From: Polyangiales bacterium
GTDB taxonomy: Bacteria > Myxococcota_A > Polyangia > Polyangiales > Ga0077539
Assembly (NCBI GenBank): GCA_046351555.1
Contig: JAXLYI010000029.1
Coordinates: forward strand, 45,727 to 109,726
Reading direction: 5' to 3'
Length of the DNA: 64,000 nucleotides
Positions 1 to 9,439 of the stretch are shown piece by piece. Under the pieces are notes generated by a model, which was not told where the DNA came from, did no database searches, and saw nothing but the letters and a program-made list of their open reading frames with translations. Position 1 is the stretch's first letter. Every line of letters begins with the position of its first letter. A program made the translations under genes and the position numbers.

Positions 1-1713
1 CTGGTACTCGACGCCGAGCGACTCGATCGCGCGGTCGATCTCGCCGACGTCACCGCCGGCCGCGAGGTGGAGCTCGTGGTCCTCGACGCGGTCGCGGGCG
101 AAGCGGGCGCGCACCGCCCCGCTCCCCGCGGAGGGGGCCTCGGGCACGCGGAGGGTCTGCTCCCAGGTGCCGCGCTCCGTCTTGCCGCGGACGCGGATGG
201 ACGCGCCGGGCGCGCCGAGCTCGAGGGAGATGAGCACGGGCGACGCGGCGAAGAGGTCGGGCAGGCGCGCGGGGGCGACGACGGCGACGCCCGGCCCGTC
301 GACGGTGAGCTCGGTGACGAGCGGCGCGTTCGTCCGCTCGACGAGGCGGCGGGCGGCGCGCTCGGGGTCCTCGTCGATGCCCACCACCTGCTCGACGCCG
401 CGGCCCGCCTGCGCCGCAGGGCCGGTGAGCGCCCGGTTGACCGACGAGCCCACGCCGAGCGCGTGGAGCCGGCAGCCGCCGGGGAGCTTGCGGTAGACGG
501 TCTCGACGATCTCGCGTTCGAAGCCGATGTAGCCGTCGGTGATGAGCACCACCTGGCGCTGCGCCCCGGCGCGCAGGGGCTCGAGCGCGGCCATCAGCGC
601 CGCGCGCATCTCGGTGGAGCCGCCCGCGCGGAGCCCGCGCACCCACGCGATCGCCTCGCGCTTGTACGACTCGGTCGCGTACACCGGCGACATCTTCCAC
701 CGCCGCGGCTCCGACGAGAACTCGATCAGCTCGACGCGGTCGCGCTCGGTGAGCGTGTCGATCATCGCGGCGGCGACGCGGGCGGCCTGCTCCAGCGGGC
801 GCCCGCCCATCGAGCCCGACGTGTCGATGAGGAAGATGAGGTCGCGCGGCAGGGCCTTCATCTTCGCGGCCGGCGCAGGCGGCACCACGGTGAGGAGCCC
901 GTAGGCGCTCCCCGCGTCGGGGGCCCCGTCGGGGGCGCGGGCGACGTCGAGCGCGAGGCCCGGCAACGGCTCGGCCACGGGCCACCGCACCACCACGTCG
1001 CGGTCGAGGCGCGCGCCCTCCCCGTCGCGGAGGTTGACCACCGCCGCGCCGTCGCCGCGCACGACGTCGGTCGGGTGCGTGGGCGACTCGGGCATGTGCC
1101 CGCTCGGGATCGCGTCGGCCACGGTGAGCTCGAGCGCGAGGCGGTGCGGGAGGGGCTTGTCGCTGGCCTCGACGCGCACCTTGTCGGCGTCGGCGACGCG
1201 CCCCGGCGCGCCGAGGTAGCGGGCGCCGACCACCGTGGGGAAGCGCCACTCCCACGCGCCCTCGTCGAGCCAGGCGAGGCGCTGGTCGACAGTCACCTCG
1301 CACACGACGGTGCTGCGCGGCGGGATGTTGCCGACGCGCTGGGTGAAGAGGTTGGGGCGCTCCTGGTCGAGCAGGGCGGCGGTGCGGCCCTCGATCAGCG
1401 CCTGCTCGTAGCGCTCGCGGGCGCGGTGCTTGCGGTCGACCTCGCCCACCACCTCGACGCCGTCGAGTTCGAAGCGGAAGCCGCTGACGGCGCCGTCGGC
1501 GGGCAGCGGGAGCTGGTAGGTGACCTCCAGCGCGTCGGCGTGCGGGTTGACGAAGGTCTGGCGGACGACGGTGCGGGCGACGCCGCCCTTCGCGCGGGCC
1601 TGGAGGGCGGTGTGGCGCAGCGGGAGGGTGCGGCCGTCGGGGCAGACGAGCGTGCCCCCGGCGGGCGAGGAGGGCGTGAGGGGGGCGACGACGGGGTGCG
1701 CGGGCATGGCCAT
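1..1713 (-). CDS. VIT (vault protein inter-alpha-trypsin) + von Willebrand factor A domain protein, partial (C-terminus beyond left edge)
   Basis: Manual reverse-strand translation (frame not listed in track because it runs off the window): MAMPAHPVVAPLTPSSPAGGTLVCPDGRTLPLRHTALQARAKGGVARTVVRQTFVNPHADALEVTYQLPLPADGAVSGFRFELDGVEVVGEVDRKHRARERYEQALIEGRTAALLDQERPNLFTQRVGNIPP... = canonical VIT domain; later LIFLIDTSGSMGG ... VVLITDGY = vWA MIDAS (DxSxS, T, D). High GC3 throughout. ATG at rc of 1711-1713. Confidence 0.8.
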   Translation of the reverse strand, partial: MAMPAHPVVAPLTPSSPAGGTLVCPDGRTLPLRHTALQARAKGGVARTVVRQTFVNPHADALEVTYQLPLPADGAVSGFRFELDGVEVVGEVDRKHRARERYEQALIEGRTAALLDQERPNLFTQRVGNIPPRSTVVCEVTVDQRLAWLDEGAWEWRFPTVVGARYLGAPGRVADADKVRVEASDKPLPHRLALELTVADAIPSGHMPESPTHPTDVVRGDGAAVVNLRDGEGARLDRDVVVRWPVAEPLPGLALDVARAPDGAPDAGSAYGLLTVVPPAPAAKMKALPRDLIFLIDTSGSMGGRPLEQAARVAAAMIDTLTERDRVELIEFSSEPRRWKMSPVYATESYKREAIAWVRGLRAGGSTEMRAALMAALEPLRAGAQRQVVLITDGYIGFEREIVETVYRKLPGGCRLHALGVGSSVNRALTGPAAQAGRGVEQVVGIDEDPERAARRLVERTNAPLVTELTVDGPGVAVVAPARLPDLFAASPVLISLELGAPGASIRVRGKTERGTWEQTLRVPEAPSAGSGAVRARFARDRVEDHELHLAAGGDVGEIDRAIESLGVEYQ

Positions 1714-1911
1714 GGCGGGTGCTCCTTGGAAGCGGGTTCGAGCGGCCAACGCAAGGGCCCCGGCGCTTGTGACACGGGCCCCGAACTTTTTTCGAGGGGG
1801 TGCAACGCTCCGAATGGCCGACGAGCGGTGGCTGCTGTCGCGTCCGCCTACCCCGGGGCTCGGCGGGGGGTTAGGGCGTCCGACGCGCCTCGCGGTCAAC
1901 ACCCGCCGTCC

Positions 1912-3108
1912 CTACCGCTCGCACCGCGGCGCGACCTCGGCCCCCACCGTGCGGTCCCAGGCCGACGCGATCTGAGAGCCCACGGCCTCGGGGTCGATGT
2001 CGTCCCGGTTCGCCAGCACGACGACCATCGTCCCACGCGCGGGGGCCATGGCGACGTAGGTGCGGAAGCCCACGTAGCTGCCGTCGTGCGACACCTCCAG
2101 GCGGCTCCCCCGGCCCTCGACGCTCCACCCGAAGCCGTACCCCGTGGCCTCCCCGTCGCTGGTGCGCCCGGAGGTCCACGCACACTCGATCAGCGCGCGG
2201 GGGACGACGGCCTCGGTGGACCACGCGGCCTGCCAGCGCACGAAATCGCGGAGCGAGACCACCACGCCGCCGTCGCCCACCACGGGGCCCGCGTAGTCGT
2301 CGACGGTGAAGCGCCGCCCGGCGCGCGCGTACGGCACCGCGCGACCCGGGATCGCCACGCCAGCAACGTCCATCACCGTGGCGTCGGGCATCCCCAGCGG
2401 CTGGAAGATCCGCTCGCGGAGGAACCGCCCGTACGAGGAGCCTCCCGCCCGCGCGACCACCTCCGCGAGCAGGACGTAGTTCGAGTTGGAGTACTCGTAG
2501 CGCGCCCCCGGCGCGGAGCGAACGCGGCCGTCCGAGCGCAGCAGCCGGACGACCGCCGCGTTGTCGAGCGAGGCGTCGTCCTCGATGCCGAGGTCGTCCA
2601 TCATCTCGAGGTAGTCGGGGATGCCCGAGGTGTGGTGGAGGAGCTGTCGGATCGTCGCGTGACGTCCCGGGTGCGACCCCAGCTCGGTGACGTAGCGCCC
2701 GATGGGTTCGTCGAGGGAGACCTTCCCGTCGGCCACCAGCCGCATCACCGCGAGCGCGGTGAACTGCTTGCTCACCGACGCGAGTTCGAAGCGCGTCTCG
2801 GTCGTGATGGGGGCGCGCCGCGAGAGGTCGGCCAGCCCGTAGCCCCGCGCGAGCACCGGGCGCCCGCACCGCTGCACCAGCACCGCGCAGCCGGGCGTGT
2901 CCGCGCGGACCCCCGCGGCGGCGACGATCGCGGCGACGCGCGCTTCCAGGCGCCGCCGGGCGGCGGGGCTCCCGTCAGGCGCGGCAGGGGGGATCTGGGC
3001 GGCCCCGACGCTCGGCGCGGTGAGCAGCCCGAGCGTGGCGATCAGCGCGAGGCGGAGCGCGGTCGCAGGGCGGTTCGTCATGGCGCGTCTCCCTCCGGGG
3101 AGGAGCAT
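1912..3108 (-). CDS. Serine hydrolase, beta-lactamase/PBP (class C-like) family, secreted
   Basis: ORF 1912..3108 (-) 398 aa; SxxK motif (ASVSKQF), YxN (YSNSNY), HxSG-like region; N-terminal signal peptide (alternative start M at 3081). Confidence 0.8.
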   Translation of the reverse strand: MLLPGGRRAMTNRPATALRLALIATLGLLTAPSVGAAQIPPAAPDGSPAARRRLEARVAAIVAAAGVRADTPGCAVLVQRCGRPVLARGYGLADLSRRAPITTETRFELASVSKQFTALAVMRLVADGKVSLDEPIGRYVTELGSHPGRHATIRQLLHHTSGIPDYLEMMDDLGIEDDASLDNAAVVRLLRSDGRVRSAPGARYEYSNSNYVLLAEVVARAGGSSYGRFLRERIFQPLGMPDATVMDVAGVAIPGRAVPYARAGRRFTVDDYAGPVVGDGGVVVSLRDFVRWQAAWSTEAVVPRALIECAWTSGRTSDGEATGYGFGWSVEGRGSRLEVSHDGSYVGFRTYVAMAPARGTMVVVLANRDDIDPEAVGSQIASAWDRTVGAEVAPRCER

Positions 3109-3166
3109 ACGGGCGCCCGCCGCGGGATCTCACGCGGGCGGGCGCCTCTGGGGTATCGTCCGGCCG

Positions 3167-4870
3167 ATGCAGGACAGCGGGCCGCTTCGCCAGGGCCAGA
3201 TCTTCGCCGGAGATTTCACCGTCGTGCGCCTGATCGCGCGCGGGGGCATGGGGGCGGTGTACGAGGTCGAGCAGCGGAGCTCGGGGCACCGCCGCGCGCT
3301 CAAGGTGCTGCACCCCGACGTCCTGCAGAGCGGGCGCAACCGCGAGCTCTTCGTCAACGAGGCGCGGGTGGGCGCGCGCATCGGCAGCGACCACGTCGTC
3401 CAGGTGATCGCCGCGGGCATCGACGCGCAGAGCGAGCTGCCCTGGATGGCGATGGAGTACCTGGAGGGCGAGGACCTGGAGACGCTCCTCCGGCGCCGCG
3501 GGGCGCTGCCGCCGGGCGAGGCGCTGGCGCTGCTCGAACAGGTGGGCGACGCGCTGGCGGCGGCCCACGCGCGCGGCATCGTCCACTGCGACCTCAAGCC
3601 GCAGAACCTCTTCGTCGCCCGCTCGACGCTGCGGGGCGTCCCCTTCGTGGTGAAGGTGCTCGACTTCGGCATCGCGCGCGCGATCGCGGCCGACCACACG
3701 AGCGCGACGGTGACCCGGGCCATCGGCTCGCCGATGTGGATGGCGCCCGAGCAGAGCGAGACGGGCGCGCGGCTGCGGCCGGCGACCGACGTGTGGGCGC
3801 TGGGGCTCATCGCGTTCCGCATGCTGACGGGGCGGCCGTACTGGGTGGCGGCCAACGCGACGCCCTTCAACCTCAACGCGCTGATCGTCGAGGTGGTCGC
3901 GCACGCGCTGGAGCCCGCCTCCGCCCGCCTCGCGCGCCTCGGCGCCGGAGCGCCGCTGCCGCCGGGCTTCGACGCCTGGTTCGCCCGCTGCGTCCACCGC
4001 GCGATCGAGCAGCGCTACCCCGACGCGGGCGCCGCGATCGACGCGCTGCGCCCCGTGCTCCTGGGCACCGCCGCGCCGTCCTTCGCCCCGCCGCCTGCGG
4101 TCGGCGCCACGGTGCCGATGTCCTCCGCGCCGACGCCTCCCCCGACGCCCGCGACGGCGGACGCTTGGACGGTCGAGCGCGACGCCACCCGCCGCTCGAA
4201 GCTCCCCGTCGTCGCGGCCGCAGCCGGGCTCGCGCTGGTGGGCGTTGTGACCGTCGCGCTCTACCTCCGCACGCCGGCGACGCCGACGGGCGCCGCCCAC
4301 GCAGCGACGGAGGCCGGCGCGCCGCAGGTGGCCGCCGTCACGCCGCCCGCTCCGGCGCCCGCCCCCGCTGCGCCGCTCGAGGCTCAGCGACTCGATCCCG
4401 CGCCCCAGCCCGCGCCTCCGTTGCCGGTGGCGCCGCCGCCTGCGACGCCCGAAGCGCCCGTCCGCCAGACCCTCGAATCGCCCCGCGAGCGCCAGGCCCG
4501 CGAAGCCCGCGAGCGCGAGGCAGCGCGCACCGCGGACCGCGCGAATGGTCCGAACGTGCCGGCGGCTCCCGCGCCGGCGGCGCCAGCCGCCCCGGCGCCC
4601 GACGGCAACGCCAACATGACGCCGATGGAGCGCGTGGCGCAGTGCCGATCCTCCAGTGCCGATGAGACTGCCCGCAACAACTGCATCATCAACGCCCTCC
4701 GCGGTCGCGCCAGCACCGAACAGGAGCTGCGGATGCTCGCCGCGACCTACCAGGTTGCCGGTCGCACGCAGGACGCGATCCGCACGATGCGGACGTACAT
4801 CCAGCGCTACCCGCAGGGCTCCGCGGTGCGATCTTTCGAGCAGTACATCCTCCGCAACTCCGCGCACTGA
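3167..4870 (+). CDS. Eukaryotic-like Ser/Thr protein kinase with C-terminal TM segment and Pro/Ala-rich region
   Basis: Within ORF 2897..4870; start taken at M91 (MQDSGPLRQGQIF, 3167). Kinase subdomains: GxGxxG-like GGMGAVY, VAIK-like RALK, HCDLKPQN, DFG, APE (MAPEQ). TM helix LPVVAAAAGLALVGVVTVALYL. Confidence 0.85.
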   Translation: MQDSGPLRQGQIFAGDFTVVRLIARGGMGAVYEVEQRSSGHRRALKVLHPDVLQSGRNRELFVNEARVGARIGSDHVVQVIAAGIDAQSELPWMAMEYLEGEDLETLLRRRGALPPGEALALLEQVGDALAAAHARGIVHCDLKPQNLFVARSTLRGVPFVVKVLDFGIARAIAADHTSATVTRAIGSPMWMAPEQSETGARLRPATDVWALGLIAFRMLTGRPYWVAANATPFNLNALIVEVVAHALEPASARLARLGAGAPLPPGFDAWFARCVHRAIEQRYPDAGAAIDALRPVLLGTAAPSFAPPPAVGATVPMSSAPTPPPTPATADAWTVERDATRRSKLPVVAAAAGLALVGVVTVALYLRTPATPTGAAHAATEAGAPQVAAVTPPAPAPAPAAPLEAQRLDPAPQPAPPLPVAPPPATPEAPVRQTLESPRERQAREAREREAARTADRANGPNVPAAPAPAAPAAPAPDGNANMTPMERVAQCRSSSADETARNNCIINALRGRASTEQELRMLAATYQVAGRTQDAIRTMRTYIQRYPQGSAVRSFEQYILRNSAH

Positions 4871-4876
4871 CACGCC

Positions 4877-6037
4877 GTGACCCTCGCCGACGCGCACCCG
4901 ACGCCCCCGCACACCCTCCCCATGGAGCACGACCGCGCCCCGCACGGCCGCGCGCGCCTGCCCGACGCGCCGCCCGACGCGGTGGTTCGCCTCGGGCTCG
5001 GGCTGCGGCGCGCGATCCTGCGGCTGGCCGACGCCGTCGTGCCGCCCGAGCTCGCGCTCTTCGACCGCACCGTGGGCTCCGGTCGCACCGCGATGCTCGG
5101 CGCCGTCGCGCGCTGGCGCATCCCCGACCTCCTCGGCGACGTCGGGCTCACCGCCGACGAGCTCGCCGCGCGCACCGGGGCCTCGGCCGACGCGCTCCAC
5201 CGCGTGCTGCGGGCCCTCGCGCACGACGGCGTCTTCTGCCTCGGCGCCGACGGCCGCTGGCGCAACAACCGGGTCTCGTCGGCGATGCGCGCGGGCAACG
5301 GCCTGCGCATGCGCCACTGGGCGATGTACTGGGCCTCGCGGGCCAACCAGCGCACGTGGATGGCCGTCGACCACGCGCTCCGCGCGGGCGGCGGGGCCTA
5401 CCGCGAGGCCAACGGGGTCGGCGTGTGGGAGTGGTTCGACGCGCACCCCGACGAGCGCGCGTGCTTCGCCGAGGCGATGGCGGGCCTCACCGCGCAGTCC
5501 GCCGGGGGTGTGGCCGCGCGCTACCCCTTCGCCGAGGCGGGCTCGGTGTGCGACGTCGGCGGGGGCCGCGGGTTGCTGCTGTCGGAGGTGCTGCTGCGCC
5601 ATCCCCACCTGCGCGGGGTGGTCTGCGACAACGCGGGCCTCGCGCCGATGGCGAAGGAGATCTTCGAAGCGCGCGGCGTCGCCGACCGGGCGGGCTTCGT
5701 CGCCGGGAGCTTCTTCGAGTCCGTGCCCGAGGGCCACGACGTGTACCTGCTCAAGAACATCCTGCACGACTGGGGCGACGCCGAGTGCGTCCGCATCCTC
5801 GCGACGGTGCGCCGCGCGATGCGCCCCGGGGCCCGCGTGTTGGTGGTCGAGCACCTCCTCGACCGCGACGACGTGGGCAACCCCGCGGCGCTCGCCGACG
5901 TGATGATGATGCTCACCTGCGACGGCGGCCGCGAGCGCGACGCGGGGGAGTTCGCCGCGCTGTTCGAGCGGGCGGGGCTGCGGGCGGGGCGGACGTTCCC
6001 GTCGGCGCTGGAGGCGCTGCTGGAGGCGGTGGCGTAG
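4877..6037 (+). CDS. Class I SAM-dependent O-methyltransferase (COMT/plant-type OMT family 2)
   Basis: 386 aa; SAM motif I VCDVGGGRGLLL, acidic motif DVYLLKNILHDW typical of OMT family; GTG start 7 nt after kinase stop (alt ATG 4922). Confidence 0.8.
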   Translation: MTLADAHPTPPHTLPMEHDRAPHGRARLPDAPPDAVVRLGLGLRRAILRLADAVVPPELALFDRTVGSGRTAMLGAVARWRIPDLLGDVGLTADELAARTGASADALHRVLRALAHDGVFCLGADGRWRNNRVSSAMRAGNGLRMRHWAMYWASRANQRTWMAVDHALRAGGGAYREANGVGVWEWFDAHPDERACFAEAMAGLTAQSAGGVAARYPFAEAGSVCDVGGGRGLLLSEVLLRHPHLRGVVCDNAGLAPMAKEIFEARGVADRAGFVAGSFFESVPEGHDVYLLKNILHDWGDAECVRILATVRRAMRPGARVLVVEHLLDRDDVGNPAALADVMMMLTCDGGRERDAGEFAALFERAGLRAGRTFPSALEALLEAVA

Positions 6038-6071
6038 GGGCGCCGTCGGCGTTGCCTCGCGGCGGGCACCC

Positions 6072-7049
6072 GTGCTCCCATCGCGCGCCATGCCCAAGCC
6101 CCACATGTGCCCCCCCGAGCTCTTCCAGCAGGACCTCTCCGGCAAGACCTACGTGGTCACCGGCGGCAACTCCGGCATCGGCCTCGTCACCGTCGAGCAG
6201 CTCGCGAAGCAGGGAGCCACCGTGGTGCTCGCCTGCCGCCGCCCCGCCGAGGGCGAGCGCGAACGCGAGCGCATCACGGCCGCCGGCGCGAAGGGACGCA
6301 TCGAGGTGGCGGCCCTCGACCTCGCCGACCTCAAGTCCGTGCGCGCCTTCGCCGAGAACTTCCTGAAGTCGCACGACGCGCTCCACGGCCTCGTCAACAA
6401 CGCCGGCGTGATGAACACCGCCACCGGCAAGACGAAGGACGGCTTCGAAGTGCAGTTCGGCACCAACCACCTCGGGCACTACCTGCTCACCGAGCTGCTG
6501 CTCGGCGCGCTGGAGAAGGGCGCCCCCTCGCGCGTGGTGGTGCTCTCGAGCTGCTACCACGACAAGGCGCAGGGTCGGGAGGGCCACATCGACTTCGACG
6601 ACCTCCACTTCGAGCGCCGCCCCTACGACGGCTGGTCCGCCTACGCGCAGTCGAAGCTCGCCAACCTCCTCCACGCCAAGGGCCTCGCGGCGCGCGTGCG
6701 CGACAAGGGGATCACCGTCGTCAGCGTGCACCCGGGCTGGGTCCGCACCAACCTCATCCGCGGGTCGATGCCGGTGTGGGCGCAGGACTACCTCCTCCGG
6801 CCCTTCCTCCACCTCGCCGGGATGATCGAACCCTGGGAGGGCGCGCAGACCTCCCTCTACGCGCTGCTCTCGCCCGACGTCGCGCAGCACCCGGGCGCCT
6901 ACTACAGCCAGCTCGGGATGTACCGCGACAAGCGCTTCAACAAGGGCGGCTGGCCGATGGAGTCGCCCAACCCCGAGGCGTCGGACGTGAAGGTCGCCGA
7001 GCGCCTCGACGCGGTGTCGCGCAAGCTCGTGGGCCTCGCCTCGGCGTAG
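6072..7049 (+). CDS. Short-chain dehydrogenase/reductase (retinol-dehydrogenase/WWOX-like SDR)
   Basis: 325 aa; TGGNSGIG NAD(P)-binding motif, NNAG, catalytic YxxxK (YAQSK). Alt starts 6090/6105. Confidence 0.85.
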   Translation: MLPSRAMPKPHMCPPELFQQDLSGKTYVVTGGNSGIGLVTVEQLAKQGATVVLACRRPAEGERERERITAAGAKGRIEVAALDLADLKSVRAFAENFLKSHDALHGLVNNAGVMNTATGKTKDGFEVQFGTNHLGHYLLTELLLGALEKGAPSRVVVLSSCYHDKAQGREGHIDFDDLHFERRPYDGWSAYAQSKLANLLHAKGLAARVRDKGITVVSVHPGWVRTNLIRGSMPVWAQDYLLRPFLHLAGMIEPWEGAQTSLYALLSPDVAQHPGAYYSQLGMYRDKRFNKGGWPMESPNPEASDVKVAERLDAVSRKLVGLASA

Positions 7050-7054
7050 CGCGT

Positions 7055-7555
7055 TCAGCCCTGGATCACCGCGCCGTGCACCTGGCGCAGCGCGGCGACG
7101 ACGCGGTCGAAGCGCGGTCGGTCGAGCACGGCGCCCTCGCGGCGAACGGCGCCCGGCGCGACGTCGAGCAGGCGGTCGACCTTCGCGTAGCTCACGCGGC
7201 CCTCGCGATCCCAGGGGCCGACGCCCAGCTCCACCTGCGCGGCGCGCTCGTGGCGCTTCGACGTGAGCGGGACGCACGCGAGCTGCGCGCCGCGGCGGCC
7301 GACGATGAGCACCGGGCGGTCCTTGCCCTGCGCAGGGTCTTCCTCGTACGGGACCCACGTCCACACGACCTCGCCCGGGTCGGGCGCGCCGTCGAGGTTG
7401 GGCGCGTACACCACCTGCACCGCGTTCGGCGGCGCGTCGGGGCGCGGCGGGAGCGGCTGCGGCGCAGGGCCCGGCGGCATCTGGCCCGGCCCGCGCGAGC
7501 CCGCGAGCCAACGGACGAGGAACGTCACCAGGGTCTGGAGAATCCGCAGGAGCAT
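7055..7555 (-). CDS. PemK/MazF-family type II toxin-like protein with Pro-rich N-terminal extension
   Basis: C-terminal 166 aa of ORF 7055..9298 (-): GEVVWTWVPYEEDPAQGKDRPVLIVGRRGAQLACVPLTSK...RAAQVEL...VSYAKVDRLLDV matches the MazF/PemK signature (GExxWxxF/V-P...G-E-K-RPxLIV...VPLTS). No recognisable antitoxin immediately upstream. Start approximate (M at 7555, alt internal M at 7480). Confidence 0.55.
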   Translation of the reverse strand: MLLRILQTLVTFLVRWLAGSRGPGQMPPGPAPQPLPPRPDAPPNAVQVVYAPNLDGAPDPGEVVWTWVPYEEDPAQGKDRPVLIVGRRGAQLACVPLTSKRHERAAQVELGVGPWDREGRVSYAKVDRLLDVAPGAVRREGAVLDRPRFDRVVAALRQVHGAVIQG

Positions 7556-7717
7556 CGACGTGACGTCACCACGCGCGCTGCACGCTGCGCAACGGGCTTC
7601 GCAGCGCGCGAACGAAATCGGCGCGCGGTCCGTGGCGCGCGCGACGTCGTCTCCCCGCGCTTGACGAACGCGCGACGTTCGGGCGCCATGCGCGCAGCAA
7701 GGAAGGGAACCCCCGCG

Positions 7718-9403
7718 ATGGCACACAGCCGCGTGTTCGATCAACTGCGCAACCTCCTCCACCTCGCGCGCGACGCCGAGCGCCTCGGCGGCACGCTCGA
7801 CGACGCCCGCGCCGAGCGGGCCCGCGCGATCAGCCGACGTCAGCTCCTCGGCGGCGCCGCCGCGGCCGCGGGCCTCGCCGCGCTTGCGCCCCTCCGCGCG
7901 AAGGCGGGGCCCATTCGTGGACAGCCGCGCATCGCGATCGTGGGCGCCGGGCTCGCGGGGCTCGTGTGCGCCGACACGCTCTCGCGCCGCGGCGTCGCCT
8001 GTCGACTGTACGAGGCGCACCCGGGCCGCGTCGGCGGGCGCGTGCTGAGCGACCGCGACACCTTCCCCGGGCAGGCGTCGGAGTGCGGCGGCGAGATGAT
8101 CGACACGCTCCACACCACGATGCTGCGCTACGCGCGCGAGCTCGGCCTCGCCCGCGAGGACTACGAGCGCGCGCCGGGCGAGGAGCGCTACTACTTCTTC
8201 GGCCGGCACCACGCAGAGCGCGACGTCGTGGCGCAGTGGCGGGCCCTCGTGCCGCGGCTTCAGGACGACCTCCGCACGCTCTCGGGGGAGCCGACGTTCT
8301 TCTCCCACACGCGGCAGGACGAGATCCTCGACCAGACCGACCTCGCGTCGTACCTCGGCGACCGCGCGGCCGACCTCCCGCTCGCGCGCGAGGTGCTGAT
8401 CCAGGCGTACATCGCGGAGTACGGGCTCGAGCCGCACGAGCAGAGCTGCCTCAACTTCCTGCAGTTCATCCACCTCGACCGGCGCGGGCACTTCGCGGAG
8501 TTCGGGCAGTTCAGCGACGAGCGGTACCACCTCGTCGGGGGCAACGACGGCGTCGCCCGCGCCCTCGCCGCGCGCCTCACGGACTTCGGCAGCCCCGTGC
8601 TCCAGGGCGCCGCGCTCACCCGCCTCGCGCGCCGCGCGTCGGGCGAGTTCGAGCTCTACCTCAACGGGGCCTCGTCCCCCGAGGTGGCCGACGCCGTGGT
8701 GCTCACCCTCCCCTTCGGCGCGCTGCGCAACGTCGCCCTCGACGCCTCGCTCGGGCTCTCGGCCGACAAGCTCCGCGCCATCCGCGAGCTCGGCTACGGC
8801 GCCAACGTCAAGACCGCCGTCCGCTTCGACCGCCGCGTGTGGGCCGACCAGGGCGGCAACGGCGGCGCCTACACCGACCTCGACAACGTGCAGAACACCT
8901 GGGAGACCAACCGCGCGGGCTCCGTGGGCGGCGCGGGCATCCTCACCGACTACGCCGGCGGCGCGCGCGGCCTCGACCTCCAGGAAAACCCCTCGGGCAA
9001 CTTCTCCTGCGGCGGCTGCCACCAGGGCGCGCCCACCAACCACGTGCTCCACCCCGCGGGCCGCGCGTGGGTCAACGCGCAGGTGGAGGCCTTCGTCCAT
9101 GACCTCGACCGCGTGTTCCCCGGGGCGGCCGCGGCGGTGTCGCGACGGAGCGACGGCACCATCGTCGCGCGGCGCTCGCACTGGACGCCGCAGGGCTTCA
9201 GCCGCGGCTCGTACACGGCCTACCGGCCCGGGCAGTTCACCACCATCGCGGGGCTCGAAGGGCAGGCCGCGGGGGCGCTGAAGTTCGCCGGCGAGCACAC
9301 CGACTCCTTCTACGACTGGCAGGGCTACATGGAGGGCGCCTGCAACTCGGGCGTCCGCGCGGCCGGCGAGGTGCTCGACGACCTCCGCAACGGCCGGCTG
9401 TAG
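7718..9403 (+). CDS. Flavin-containing amine oxidase (MAO/L-amino-acid oxidase family), Tat-secreted
   Basis: In-frame part of giant ORF 6107..9403; start ATG 7718 preceded by GGAAGGGA RBS. Tat motif SRRQLLGGAAAAAGLAALAPLRAKA; FAD dinucleotide fold IAIVGAGLAGLVCAD...GGR; C-terminal FAGEHT amine-oxidase motif. Confidence 0.85.
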   Translation: MAHSRVFDQLRNLLHLARDAERLGGTLDDARAERARAISRRQLLGGAAAAAGLAALAPLRAKAGPIRGQPRIAIVGAGLAGLVCADTLSRRGVACRLYEAHPGRVGGRVLSDRDTFPGQASECGGEMIDTLHTTMLRYARELGLAREDYERAPGEERYYFFGRHHAERDVVAQWRALVPRLQDDLRTLSGEPTFFSHTRQDEILDQTDLASYLGDRAADLPLAREVLIQAYIAEYGLEPHEQSCLNFLQFIHLDRRGHFAEFGQFSDERYHLVGGNDGVARALAARLTDFGSPVLQGAALTRLARRASGEFELYLNGASSPEVADAVVLTLPFGALRNVALDASLGLSADKLRAIRELGYGANVKTAVRFDRRVWADQGGNGGAYTDLDNVQNTWETNRAGSVGGAGILTDYAGGARGLDLQENPSGNFSCGGCHQGAPTNHVLHPAGRAWVNAQVEAFVHDLDRVFPGAAAAVSRRSDGTIVARRSHWTPQGFSRGSYTAYRPGQFTTIAGLEGQAAGALKFAGEHTDSFYDWQGYMEGACNSGVRAAGEVLDDLRNGRL

Positions 9404-9439
9404 TCACCGCGCCCTTGCGGTAGGCTCGCGGGCCGCGCG

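Noticed and set aside
67-4665. 1532-aa plus-strand ORF, and other giant ORFs (2975..6145 -, 6107..9403 +, 51229..55908 -, 22808..25801 +, 36194..38194 -)
   Set aside because: Arg/Ala/Gly/Pro-rich translations with low GC3 periodicity. They are the expected stop-free frames of 70 % GC DNA and overlap well-supported genes on other frames or strands. Only in-frame terminal segments with domain matches were kept.
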